The notes below the pieces were generated by a model. It saw only the letters and a program-made list of their open reading frames with translations. It searched no databases and was not told the origin of the DNA. A program made the position numbers and the translations under genes. DNA of 64,000 nt from an uncultured virus (IMG/VR IMGVR_UViG_3300044491_001439) (Duplodnaviria; Heunggongvirae; Uroviricota; Caudoviricetes; Kyanoviridae): IMG/VR virus record IMGVR_UViG_3300044491_001439. One strand, given 5' to 3'. Below, one piece after another: positions 44,901 to 55,000 of the stretch. Each line of letters starts with the position of its first letter. The first letter of the stretch is position 1.

Positions 44901-47075
44901 TTCTTCATTTGTGATTGTTTCGCCTGATTTGAAATTACCGGATAAAGTTTTTACATAAAGACTTGCACCTGTAGACAAAAATCCATTACTATTTCCTTCG
45001 ATTATACCATAGGCACCACTTTGAGAACCTACAATATACTTACCAGGACTGAAATCTGAAGTAATACTAGAATCAACTAATAATCTAGTAAAGAATACTG
45101 GATTAAAATATGACATGTTAAAAATGCCATTATAAGTTTCTTCTCCCGAAGATAACCTACCTTTAGAAATAACAACATCGGTATCGGGATTAAATCCTGT
45201 TGCATTCTTTAAAAGAGTAAAATCTTTTGGTTTTGCTACTCCAATTAATGGTGTGATCGTCTGATCATAATCAACAATATATCCAATTTCATTAATTTCT
45301 TGTTGAGCATCTGATTCAGATTTATAAAGAAGTCTTCTTCTAGTACTTACATTATCATCATACTCAATAAACAAAAGATCTAGATAGTCTTTTCTTCCAG
45401 CAACTGTTAGTTGTAAGAATTGGGCATTAACATCACCTACTTCTGGTCTTGTTACTTTTGCAAAAGAAATAGTCTCAACACTTTTTACCGTAGATACTGC
45501 GTTAGATGATGTTCTTGACTGAACAAAATAGATATTTTTAAGATCGGCGCGATCAGCAGGTGTATTTGGTTCGATGCTTGATTCGTCAATCAACCCAAGA
45601 TCTAAATCTGAAAACAAATAGATTGTCTTAATAGCATCATCTTTACTAAAAGACTTACCTCTTCTATTTAAAGTTTGTAGATAATTAGTAGAAACTTCTA
45701 AATCATTTGATCCAATAGTTCCATCATTATATACAGAATTTAAAAAGATAGTTGGGTATGCAGTAAGTTCAGAACCTTCAGCATTTAGGGGTACACTATT
45801 ATAGACATTAGTAATATTAAAGCTAGAAACCCCATTGGCTTTAATATTAATATTATCTCTGGATAAAGTATTTCTTGCTTTGTCTAATTCTAAATACTTG
45901 GTTTCCTTATTTACAATTTCATAACCCCGAACATATGCTTTTCCTGGTCCGACAGAAAGTAATAGTTTCTCTGTAGCTTCTGACGGCAATAATCCATTAA
46001 CCGTACCATCAGTGTCTGCTGTATAAATTCCCAGATTACCATTTCTCTGGTAATACTCTCTTACTTCAGTGTCGAAGTTATCTACAACATAATCACCAGA
46101 CTCATCATATGTTCTTCTTGCTAGAGTCTCTTCGATTAAAGTATAATCAACTTTTCTAACCTGGCGCTCAATAACACCATTTTTGATAGATAACAGTTGA
46201 ATAAAATTCTTTTCTGGAGTTTCTGTGTACTCGTACTTGATAAGATCTAATTTGATCTGTAATCTATGGGCACCTGGAGATGCGAAGTTAGAAGATCCAG
46301 TTGCATTATCATACAAACTAGGATCTTTTTCTGGAGTTACTACAGATTCTGATACATTAAAACCAACTTTTGTTGATGGCGTTTGAGTATATCCGGAAAC
46401 AATAATAAGTCCCTCATCATTACGAACAAAAAATCCGTTAACAAAATAGATACCTTCTTCTACTTTAACAGCAGAACCATATCCCATAGCGGGACTTTCT
46501 ACAAAAGATACTACACCTGTATCTGGATTTGTTACACTAATAGTTGTAGGTAGAACACTCCCGTCAGTGCCAACAACGAGAAGAGGGCTATTAATGCCAT
46601 CGACAATTTCCAGAGTTTCTCCTTGGCGGAAAGATTGTTCATCACCACCGTCTCCTGCCGTCAAATACTTTACATAAATTGTGTCATTACTATTTTCTGT
46701 TGCTTTTGATATAGTAAGGACTAGTGCTACAACCCCAGAAGACAATCCAGAAATCTTTTGTCCTACTAAATTTTCGATATCGTATTTTTGATATACGATT
46801 TCTCCGTCAACATTAACAGCAACTTCAGAAACTGAAGATAATTTTACAAAATCTAATTTTGTATTCAGACCAACTTCTCCAGGGATGACCAAATCGCCCT
46901 GCTTAAACTGATTCTTGCCATAATTCTCAATCTGATTTTGCAGAATAGACTGGATACTATTCAGCTCCCTACCCTGAATCGGATAGGAAGGTCTGAATAA
47001 TACCTTATAGAAGTCTTTCCCGGAATCGTAATCGTCGAAATATGGGATAGCGTTAAGATTAGTCTTCTGTGGCAT
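38931..47075 (-). CDS. Large baseplate-associated structural protein, DUF4815/VrlC-like (2714 aa)
   Basis: NLNAIPYFDDY...FYKVLFRP..PIQGRELN..QSILQNQ; APGAHR-like; ARRTYDESGDY; RYTMRDIGKLEKRVERLEYYT; PLAQTF; position after gp8. Confidence 0.88.
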   Translation of the reverse strand: MPQKTNLNAIPYFDDYDSGKDFYKVLFRPSYPIQGRELNSIQSILQNQIENYGKNQFKQGDLVIPGEVGLNTKLDFVKLSSVSEVAVNVDGEIVYQKYDIENLVGQKISGLSSGVVALVLTISKATENSNDTIYVKYLTAGDGGDEQSFRQGETLEIVDGINSPLLVVGTDGSVLPTTISVTNPDTGVVSFVESPAMGYGSAVKVEEGIYFVNGFFVRNDEGLIIVSGYTQTPSTKVGFNVSESVVTPEKDPSLYDNATGSSNFASPGAHRLQIKLDLIKYEYTETPEKNFIQLLSIKNGVIERQVRKVDYTLIEETLARRTYDESGDYVVDNFDTEVREYYQRNGNLGIYTADTDGTVNGLLPSEATEKLLLSVGPGKAYVRGYEIVNKETKYLELDKARNTLSRDNINIKANGVSSFNITNVYNSVPLNAEGSELTAYPTIFLNSVYNDGTIGSNDLEVSTNYLQTLNRRGKSFSKDDAIKTIYLFSDLDLGLIDESSIEPNTPADRADLKNIYFVQSRTSSNAVSTVKSVETISFAKVTRPEVGDVNAQFLQLTVAGRKDYLDLLFIEYDDNVSTRRRLLYKSESDAQQEINEIGYIVDYDQTITPLIGVAKPKDFTLLKNATGFNPDTDVVISKGRLSSGEETYNGIFNMSYFNPVFFTRLLVDSSITSDFSPGKYIVGSQSGAYGIIEGNSNGFLSTGASLYVKTLSGNFKSGETITNEEGGILRIAKENTISHFIVTRQGTGYENTAKISIDGVQYEPSDVFVGSYQSSDISVGVSGGTLYKVQILNRDAVSLDYVAPPVVDFTGSFTIQAKVLPVLFKNTVLNYSANNVKSLYSVYGSGNVFTADIETVDPIYSSSTAVTEFNFSGTKGYKFLECTGFGASAGKYLIQGDAIQFSDDTGVIHKYIVDYATDSQGTTKSRIYLNGALPEKVTSTSVVRLRPIINNTATSTLVFPTGSKEVSSLIKTSEDTKIKYYIRRDFVTTGSSSGGEITFAAQLDFGTQRFVDFNEKDFVVTILDKGDSNRVETGDIVYLRPEFVNILNTTDVTSGLSSGSITINFPSNYFGSNVSNFPKLKLTATIEVSKGRPKLKTSVSDLRIIIRAPGDRVIPLRGINYDDESTESFSYSDVYAIKYIYEGSASSPPTVDVNGNLVVGTDITNRFTFDDGQRETFYDVSRIVLKPGFSPPTGQIVVAFDYFQHSQGDFCTVDSYIHEAGVVADDIPSFNSTVYGIVNLKNVIDFRPKVDSNTIIAGYQDSSLLSQADYISFIGDGGSVSSTPSSSRLLPYTMSFSESQYLDRIDGVFLNQKGEFLIKTGNASLNPSKPEIIEDGIPLYYLYVPAFTKSSKDVRIIPVDNRRYTMRDIGKLEKRVERLEYYTTLSILEQQALNMQVKDVLGIDKTKSGFVVDNFETHQIGNIKSLDYLCAIDPQQSVLRPQSKEDSFSLIEINTRDEQRQLDGYQNSNGVITLPYNNVSYASNAFATKTINPNPFVILQYVGDAALIPNIDQWYNTTVAPLVTENNTNLFSIFLGKKDARAAFSSIYNSFVINWVGVNKSFFNINSFGESNSSISDSTVNSASVGSTSNVSPQNNEIAKGVGYKTINGTNVANALRFFARSIPVKFVLKRLKPKTQLYVFMDQRSIGRWVNPDSRFTGVAGNSLTTFNNTLTTDEYGNASGIILVPAGYAPRMNTSWSGDVNTTQYDTTSEELFFSTGVKNIRFTSSSTDANKDFVDSYAEVKFYATGVLPENPASIISTAPAIFKSNEGVQLIDSNTENKSRPNPLAQTFKVENFDGGMFATAVDLFFAKKSSTIPLRVYLTNVESEKPSKYIIPGSQVTLYPDTFLKVYSSGNITIKLGEYVTGRRSLASGPISKVLDRNNFEVLASSNGEISITNEQVYTFVLSNHNGSSFFANEDITLSSVTQFNNANNATVGLKIAKDSGRVASLDVTNLGSGYEGATITIESPQLPGGSTATGSAKVDNGQLYLAEVALGGRGYTDPPSVVVRGSGNGATGAVIGSKLTINEPAVRMGIASDTGDSIQSTIATTFKFDYPVYLQNNTEYAINIECDDTEYEIWASRLGETDISSGLVVNAQPLLGSVFKSQNVDNWTEDLFEDVKFTVHRAEFDTTKVAELNIKNEDLGYEKLDPDSFETYALANSTATSELFKNNSNIVKVYHRDHGFEDSGISKVFFRGVDDFAGYNEIDIESSLYTVSNVGIDSYNIVGPSRASDTGFGGGDTILASYNRKYEKLYAQIPYLQLSNTKIDSFVKTTNVVPVDSSTQDYSSYDVSDMETTFLNEEQYFLNQKMITSRINEVVNDIDSSLQYKINLSSEVSHLSPVIDLRTASVKTISNRVDNASGSEKRFGKRYQILKMYPIYKFTITGNNDGSGAADILAVTNQNVTGQTSGAESEVLRVVDNDVYVKIKNSLQFTVGETLFFSTQSESGGDYENLTITISSSGIFEQVPNFVVGATVNAINPSIRSEKYENKISSKVISWDSKTKLLTVENDKQPINNDFISVITLGSDYARKSQTSDQIADIFRVGDLIDFDGSSFETSKFAEVSKMSFSQGVDYVAENGSINTSSASKYVTKEIFINNPASSINTYLTVNVRDIENIKVFYKIKPAASQQNFDDINWEYFNGTGAPDQLNEIATAENSISGQFEKQSSYQELRYSEEELTEFSSFAIKIVMKTDDPSYVPKIQDLRTVASF

Positions 47076-47112
47076 TGTAATATACTACCGTCTGGTTGAA
47101 TTAATTAATAAA

Positions 47113-48990
47113 TCAGAACTCGATGACTAACTTGATATCTTCAATTTGATCAGCTGCTCTAGTAATTAGTCTTCTGTTCTCTATGTATATAAGATCTCCA
47201 GAGTTATTTTGAATTTCTGGATTTGCTAAACCATCCGTAAAGATAGAACCAACTAATTCAGTTCCGTCTACTAAAGCAGTTTCTACAGTTCCTACTGATC
47301 CAGATTGAGATCCGGTCACATTATTTGCAGCATCTGACTCAAATGCTCTTACAACTCCAGTGTCTTTATGAAGACTTGGTGTTTGAATGTACTTAAGAAC
47401 GCCACTTCCAGGAGTGCTTGGTGTGGGAGAAGGACTTCCTGCATCAAGAGTCCAAGAAACTACAGTACCATATGCAGATCCTCCACCAACAGTTTGGGTA
47501 ATCATTTCATCAGAAATATAATTCCCAGTCGCTCCAGTAATCTTGATTGCTTTCAGACCATTAAGAGTATCTGATGTGGCGAAAGTAGATGTACCGTACT
47601 CAAGGGGATCTTTGATAATACCAATACGACGGAAGTCATTGTCTACAGGGAAGTCGCCAGCATTCTCAATGAAAGTGAGGCGAATGTTTGTCATAACTCT
47701 CTTGGAGTTAAGTTCCATCTCAAAATCAGAACCATGACCACCTTGTGGAGGAAGAATAGGATCTAATGCAGGAGTATCGGTTGCAGTTACAGTTTCTGGA
47801 GTTGTGAGTGCAGAATCTGCAAACAATCCAATAGCTTCTGTGCTTCCAGCAGTACCCAAAGGAACACCGGTAACGAAAGGAATAGATGCATAAGTATAAC
47901 CAAATCCTGGTGTGATTACTTTAGCAACAGTAACTACTCCTGCATCGACCGTGACTTCTGCTACAGCACCTTGACCATCTCCTACTACAGAAGCATAGAA
48001 TGTACCCGATACAGGAGCAGTGAGAGTGCCTGGGTTGCTGATTAAAGCAATATCCAAAGCACCATCAGTTGCAGCTGCTTCGGTTGCTACTCTAGTTGTT
48101 TCTCCAGCAGCATTGATTGGCATAAAATCAGTAGACAAGAATGCCAATACATCATCAGTTGGGATGGTGTACATATACTTCCAGACATAAGAATTGTCAG
48201 GAGCAGTAAAAATGCCATTTGAGTAAGTACCTAAACCAGGTTGAGGACTGGTCTTTGGTTCGTGAGCAATGTTTACGCCAGTAGGATTTGCTACAGATTC
48301 TCCATTATAGAGACACTTAAATACTTCATACGATTGATTCATGATATAAAATTTTGCATTAGAGATAGACGTTCCTCCCAATGCCGTAGACTTACCTACT
48401 TGACCACCACCTGCTGGAGTAGCAAAGTAATCCGGTTTCCACATGTCAAATTTTGGATTATCAATCAAATTCCAGTTGTAACGTCTTACAACATGTCTAG
48501 CATAAGAACTAGTGATTCTTTTGGCAGCAATAATATCATCATAGATATGATATTTTTCAGTTTGGTTATCGAGAGGAACCGGAGGAATATTTTCTGTTGA
48601 GAATCTGTATACTCCCGTAGTTGCTGTTACTAACTTATTTGCATTAGTTGTCTGATTATAACCCGTTAACGTCGAACCGAGAGCAGGAGCATCGGTAACT
48701 AGAGGACCAATGCTTGAAAGAAGCAAAGAGTTATCAAGAACTTTGGTTACAGTTGCTTTGAAAGTTGCTCCTGCCCATGATGCTCCGACATAGACTCCAT
48801 CACCAACGGCAAACGAGTCTGCTCCGTCTGTTGAATAGATTTCTAAATAAGACTCCCATGCCTGGGGTCTACCAACAAAGAAGTACATTCTACTCCTTTC
48901 ACTGCCAGTGTCACTAGAACCTTCTGACAGGGATTCTAGGAACTGCTTTGCATTAAAAATTCTGAACTTTTCCGAGATAATAGCAGCCAT
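47113..48990 (-). CDS. gp8: Baseplate wedge gp8
   Basis: MAAIISEKFRIFNA, YFFVGRPQAW, VFKCLYN, YVWKYMYTI, PQGGHG, FRRIGIIKDP, SGDLIYIENR...EDIKLVIEF. Confidence 0.92.
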   Translation of the reverse strand: MAAIISEKFRIFNAKQFLESLSEGSSDTGSERSRMYFFVGRPQAWESYLEIYSTDGADSFAVGDGVYVGASWAGATFKATVTKVLDNSLLLSSIGPLVTDAPALGSTLTGYNQTTNANKLVTATTGVYRFSTENIPPVPLDNQTEKYHIYDDIIAAKRITSSYARHVVRRYNWNLIDNPKFDMWKPDYFATPAGGGQVGKSTALGGTSISNAKFYIMNQSYEVFKCLYNGESVANPTGVNIAHEPKTSPQPGLGTYSNGIFTAPDNSYVWKYMYTIPTDDVLAFLSTDFMPINAAGETTRVATEAAATDGALDIALISNPGTLTAPVSGTFYASVVGDGQGAVAEVTVDAGVVTVAKVITPGFGYTYASIPFVTGVPLGTAGSTEAIGLFADSALTTPETVTATDTPALDPILPPQGGHGSDFEMELNSKRVMTNIRLTFIENAGDFPVDNDFRRIGIIKDPLEYGTSTFATSDTLNGLKAIKITGATGNYISDEMITQTVGGGSAYGTVVSWTLDAGSPSPTPSTPGSGVLKYIQTPSLHKDTGVVRAFESDAANNVTGSQSGSVGTVETALVDGTELVGSIFTDGLANPEIQNNSGDLIYIENRRLITRAADQIEDIKLVIEF

Positions 48991-49022
48991 TGAGAGTAAG
49001 GTTACGGGGTTGATTTCTGTGT

Positions 49023-49036
49023 TATTTATATTTATA
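49023..49036 (-). promoter_or_regulatory. Tandem overlapping late promoters (TATAAATATAAATA)
   Basis: Two perfect TATAAATA copies upstream of g8. Confidence 0.75.
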
Positions 49037-49043
49037 CTGCATA

Positions 49044-52000
49044 TTAAGCAGTTGTTGCGTTACCAATAGTTCTTAAGATGTCTCCAGCAGAATGATCTAC
49101 TTCTTGAGTATTATCAACTCCTCTGGTTACGCCAAGAAATCTATCGGAAAGTTTGGAAGTATAAGAAATAACTTCTTTTCCTACCAATAATTTTCCAGAA
49201 CTTGGGAAATTAGTAGTGTCAGGGATATAGAGTAGATTGCTACCAATCAATAAATCAGAATCTAAATATGAACCAAGTTCTTGAATAGATGGAATTCCGA
49301 AGTTCAATACTCTACCAGTAGTTGAAATATTGCTGTCAGTAATAGCATAATTTTGTGTCCAGGAATCATTACCACTATTAATAGAATTAAATTCACTGAA
49401 AGTTGTGTCCAACTGTTCTATTGTAATGCCGGAAACATTTGCATAACCAACATCAATATATAGAGACTCAATAAAATCTCTTACTGACTGTCCAGGTAGA
49501 TAATGACTATACAAGTATTCTGTATCGCCCATCGGATTATTATTGAGATCCAAAACACCAGTTTGATAATATTTTGTAACTGGATTTAGATAGGTACTAT
49601 AAGAAAGATCTTCAACTATTTGATAATCAGATTCAACAGTAGTTTCATTCCAAGACAAGTTATTGTTTTGGGTAGTTGTCTCTACAATAGATGTATTTTC
49701 AAATTGGGTGGTGTTGAAAGTTACTACCAATGGGTCTGGAGTAACAAAACATACCAAAATTTCTTTGAAATCAATCGGAGATGGTAATCTCACAGCAGAT
49801 ACAGATTCTAATAATTCTCCATCTTCTCTGGTGGATTCACTAGTGATGCTAATAATTTTTACAACACCGTAGATACCATCTTCAGATTTCAACTTGAGGT
49901 CAAAAGAAGATTCTGGATATCTATTTCCACGTATAACATTATATCCCCTAGATACAACTACTCTTGGAGCAGTTTTATAACCAGACCCACCATCAATCAA
50001 AACTAAATCAATAATCTGACCACCGTACACAACAACTTCTGCTTTCGCTCCACCACCATCAGGAGTAGAGGGAATAAAGTTTAAGACAGGTGGAGTGTAG
50101 TATTGATATGCAGTAGGATTAATTAAAATATTATTATCAAAATACTGTTGCAAGTCTCTTTTATTCCAATCAAGACTGGTAACTACCCCATTATCAATAT
50201 TTGCAGTAACACTTAATCCTTCTCCTTTAGTGTCTTCGTTATAAGAACCCACACCAACTTTACTAAAGAAACTATTAGAAACTTGCTCTCCTAAACGATA
50301 TTCTTTAGTTTTTGCAAACAGAGGCATACTAAAGACTTCACGCTGATCTATTTCGCCATCAATCTGTATAAAGTCTCCTACTCTTAAATTAGGATGTTCT
50401 TTAACAACAAAACCTGTATAGGCATAACTATCAGTTAAATCTGTAGTTTGTAAGAAAGGAGAATAGTTACTTTCAAGTCTATTCAAAAGTCTTTCATTTT
50501 GTTCTGATAGTAAATATGAAATACTAAATGAATCAAACGAAACACTAATAACATCGGTAGTTCCAGCAATAGTACGTCTAGAGAAATAAACAGGTTCGTC
50601 AGCAACCAAATCTACATTTTGTGATCTGATATACATTTCCCAGTCATCACCGTTAGAACGACCAATATCAATAACTTCTCCCCAAACTCTTTGGGTGCCG
50701 CCAACAATTTGATAAACAGTAGTTTTATATGAGGTGTTTTGTTTAAACCAAGCTTGAACTTGATCTTTAGTTCCTGCTCCAGAAAAAGTAATACTTGTTC
50801 TATTGTAATAAGTACTTGATTCAAAATCAAACAGTGTTACTGTGGTGTTATAGGTTTTACCATAAAAATATAAAATGTCAATCTTTGCATTGGTATACGT
50901 ACCATCTGTTTGTTTAGTAAATTTTACCGGATCAGCAAACGTAATAGAAGGGCCATTTATTCTGTAAGAAATAGAATCTCGTTGCAACACACCGTCAACA
51001 AAAACATATGCATATAATGGAGTGTCAAAGTTTTTAACTCTTCCACTATAATCAAGAATTTGATAAGAATTTGAAACACTATTAAAAGGTATTAGTTTTT
51101 CATTAATACTTAATCTTTCATACGAACCTACACTATACCCAAAGAAATACTCTTCATTTTGTAACTGATTAGGAACTCCTTCATAAAGGTCTTGATAATT
51201 TTTGGGAGCTTTAGAGAATACGATTTGATCAGTTTTTACAGAACTATTGAATCTTCTGATCTCATACGAACCTTGTTGCAAGACAGCATTTAAATAGATT
51301 AAGAAGTTTTCATTTTCGTCAGATTTTACAATAGAGTTATCTTCATAAAATAGATCAAAAATTCTTGTTCTGCCATCAAAACTATTAGAGATATTTTTTA
51401 ACTTTTTCAGATACTTGTTGTTATCTACATCTTCTCTAAATTCAAAACCTCTAATATAATATTCTTGTGCAGGAACATCTATAATTTCTCCATCTACAAT
51501 GCTCTGTCTCTTTCCAAAAGGTGGTTCGTAGAAAGTAATTTGGTTTCCATTAATTTTATATGAATAACCAGGATTTTGAGCCACACCATCAATGGTAATC
51601 ATAATAGACTGATTATTATTTGGCGTAAAAGCAGTTCCTGTTTTTTTGTCTTTAAGAGTAAAAGACTTATTACCAATTTTTAATCCTGTCGAAGAATCGT
51701 ATCTACCATCAAAATCTGGAGACAATACGATCTCTCTAACTCTAGTCAAAGTTTCGTCAAAAGAATCTACTGCCGCAGATCCTTCTCCTCTAACTACTGT
51801 GGTATCTTCTACTTTAACAACTGAAGTAGTGATAGTTCTTCTGGTTGTCAATGAAGAAACCGCAGTTGTTGGTAAAATAAGATAGCTAGTTAGTTTTTGA
51901 GAATTTGGTTGGTTATCAACCATTTTAGATTCAGAAAAAGATTCTATAGAAACTTCTCCAAACATTTTGAAACCAGCAGGATGAGTAGTATCTTTTACTA

Positions 52001-55000
52001 CGTTTCTCCATTGCTTAATCGGAGTTTTACTTCTAACTACATAAGAATAATCTTGATAAAAGAATGAATCCGTAATTCTTTGATTGACGGAACTTAACTT
52101 TCCTCTATCAGAATTAAATTTGCCGAGGGTTCTTGCTCTGGTAGAAGAAACTGGAGTAAATTTAGTTTTTGAAATAGAAGAGATAGTAGCAGTTTTTCCT
52201 TTGGACTTGCCGGAAATATTATATCCTTCTCGGAATACTCCATCGACATTAACTAAACGTAAAATATTAGATCCTTTATTCCATCCATTAGAAGCAACTT
52301 TACCAGAAGCAAAAACAACTCCATTTATTTTTTGCTCAATGATTTCTCCATCAGCAAAAGAATCTAAATCAAAGTTATACAAGGTTAAAACTTGTGGAGA
52401 TTCGTAGAAAGATTTAATTGAATCATCGTCAAAATAAAATGATCCGTAGTTAATAAACCTAATACTTTGAGGAATGCCAATATCAGTTGACTCAAAAAAC
52501 AATTTATTATCGGTCTCTATAATATCAATTTTTGGTGTTGATAAGTAGTTTCTACCGCCATTTATAATTTTAACTGCGGTAATCATACCACCATCACTTT
52601 GTACTTCAATTTCTAGTCCAGTTCCGTCACCAGAAACAACTGCTTTGGGAGAAGAATATCCCTGACCAGCAAAATCAATTGTCAAACTACTAATAGAATT
52701 TGTGGATGCATCACGAAGTGCTGTTACTTCTGCTCTATATCCTGGAGCAGGAACAACACCTTTAATTACTGGAAGAGATTCGTAGTTCTCTCCAAGATTA
52801 TCTAATTTAATAGAAGCGATTTTTCCTACAGACCTGCCAGTATATCTAATATCTCCTGACCCGTCATATTGAGGAATGTCATTCAACGAATAAACAAATT
52901 TATTTTCGGTTGTGAATACAACTCTCTTAAGTCCAGCAAGAGGATCCTCTTTTACTCTCAAGAAAGAATTATTAGTATCTGTTTGTGAACTGGTTAAGAA
53001 ATAATAATAAGTAGTGTAATCGACAGTTTTTCTTTTAATATCGCCAATATTTGCACCATATCCCAATCTGATCCTTACGAATGATCCTGCATTGCCAGGT
53101 TCTGCTAATCCAACTTCTTTTTCTTCAGTAAACACATTATAATTTGCGCTGGTAGAAATATCTAAATACGACCCAAGCATTGAAGGATGACTAGTATCAA
53201 ATTTATAGAAATAATATTTTTGAATATCGATAATGGGGTTGGTCAAGTAGTTTACATTATCTAATGAAAATAGTAACCTATCATTCAATGAAGATACGCT
53301 GGATACAGATACAATTTTTGCAGGAGCACTTTGATCAGCAAAAGATGAAACTTTAGTTAGTTCTCTAGGGTTGACAGCATCAAACCCGTAGTTAATAACT
53401 AACTTGTGTGTATTTTCGTCGTATGAAACTACATATGGATCATTGACATCATTTCCAAAGAGTTGAGCTCCTGGAGTAAATCTATATCTAGGTTTATAAG
53501 ATAGTACTGTAGATCCTGCGAGATGGTTTAAAGCACTAGTTCCATTAACACCTCTTTCTAATCCAACTTTACGATTAACTGTATCTACTGATGTCACTTT
53601 TACAATTTCACTTCCTACTTCTAAAAGATCATTTTCAGAAAGAGAGAATACTTTATCTAATACAATATCTGTTCTCTCTACGCCAAGACCTACAGCATTA
53701 ACAGATACTAAAGGAATAGCAGTACTTGGTGCTGGCTCAACATTGATAGTACCAACTGCTTCTGGATGACTTATACAAACAAAATAGTATGTACCGGGAA
53801 TTGTTGGAGTAAATACAATATTTTGTGTATCATCAGTAGACCCATTGTTAGTTGCTTCATTTGATGGAGTGTATGTTGCAATTTCTAATGCAACACCATC
53901 TTCCCTAACGTTAGTAGAGTAATCAGAAACAAACCATACTGCATGCACACCTTGTGATGCTGAAATAGGATTATACGTAAAAGTAGACCCTACTCGAATA
54001 GTATAAGATGGATTTTCTTGCCCATCAACATCAAATCTAAACTGGGGCAATGGAGATCCTGGGCTAGTAGTTTGACCTACTAGCGTAATTCCAATCCCAT
54101 CTATAGTATCAGTGACTTGTAAAGATTCTCCAGGAACAGTTTCCAAATATGTAAACCATTCATCAGTTTCGTTATAACCAGTGTAAACATACTCACCTCC
54201 GTTACCATCTACAAAAATAGTTCCCGGTTCTCCTAAAAAAGTTGTAACAGCATCTACATCAGCAGTATTTACTTGAAAATATCCAGTTAGGTAAGCATCA
54301 ATCGCATCTTGATTGAGTAAAACCATGTCGGGATCGATGGAAATATCAAGATCGGAGGGATCTGGTTTTAGAATACTTGCTGGGTTAATAGTTAAAATAT
54401 CATCTGAATTATACCCACTTCCAGCGTCAGTAACTACAATGGACTCGATTTGACCACTATTATCAAAATTGGTTGTATTTACAGTTACTGTTGCTTTAGC
54501 ATTATTAGAATCTCCTACAGACCCTACACCATCTCTAACATTAGTAAAATCACTAAAAATGAGTTCTACATCTTGGTATACTCCTCCTACATAATCTCTA
54601 CCCAAACCAATCATATCAGATGATCCAATTCCAGTATCATTCACTTTTCCACTAAAAGTTTGTGGATTGAGATTTAATTCTTGATATTGTTTTTTAGCAA
54701 CATAATACAGTGTTTCTGTAGTTGCTTCATCCGGATCAATTTGAATATCAACTGCATCACCTTCTGCAAAATCATGTGCTCCTACAGTTTCTGCAATAGC
54801 AATAGATTCATCTACTGTTGTGATGTCAATATTAGAACTTAAATTATTAATAATGACAATTTCTGATCCAGCAGTATTAGTAAGATTACTGCTTTTTAAA
54901 ATTGTTTCTCCTTCTTCATAATTTAAATAGTCTGAAAAATTACCACTATTAACTTTCACTCTTACAGAGTTCTGTTCTAGAGTTCCTGAAAGAACTGTAG

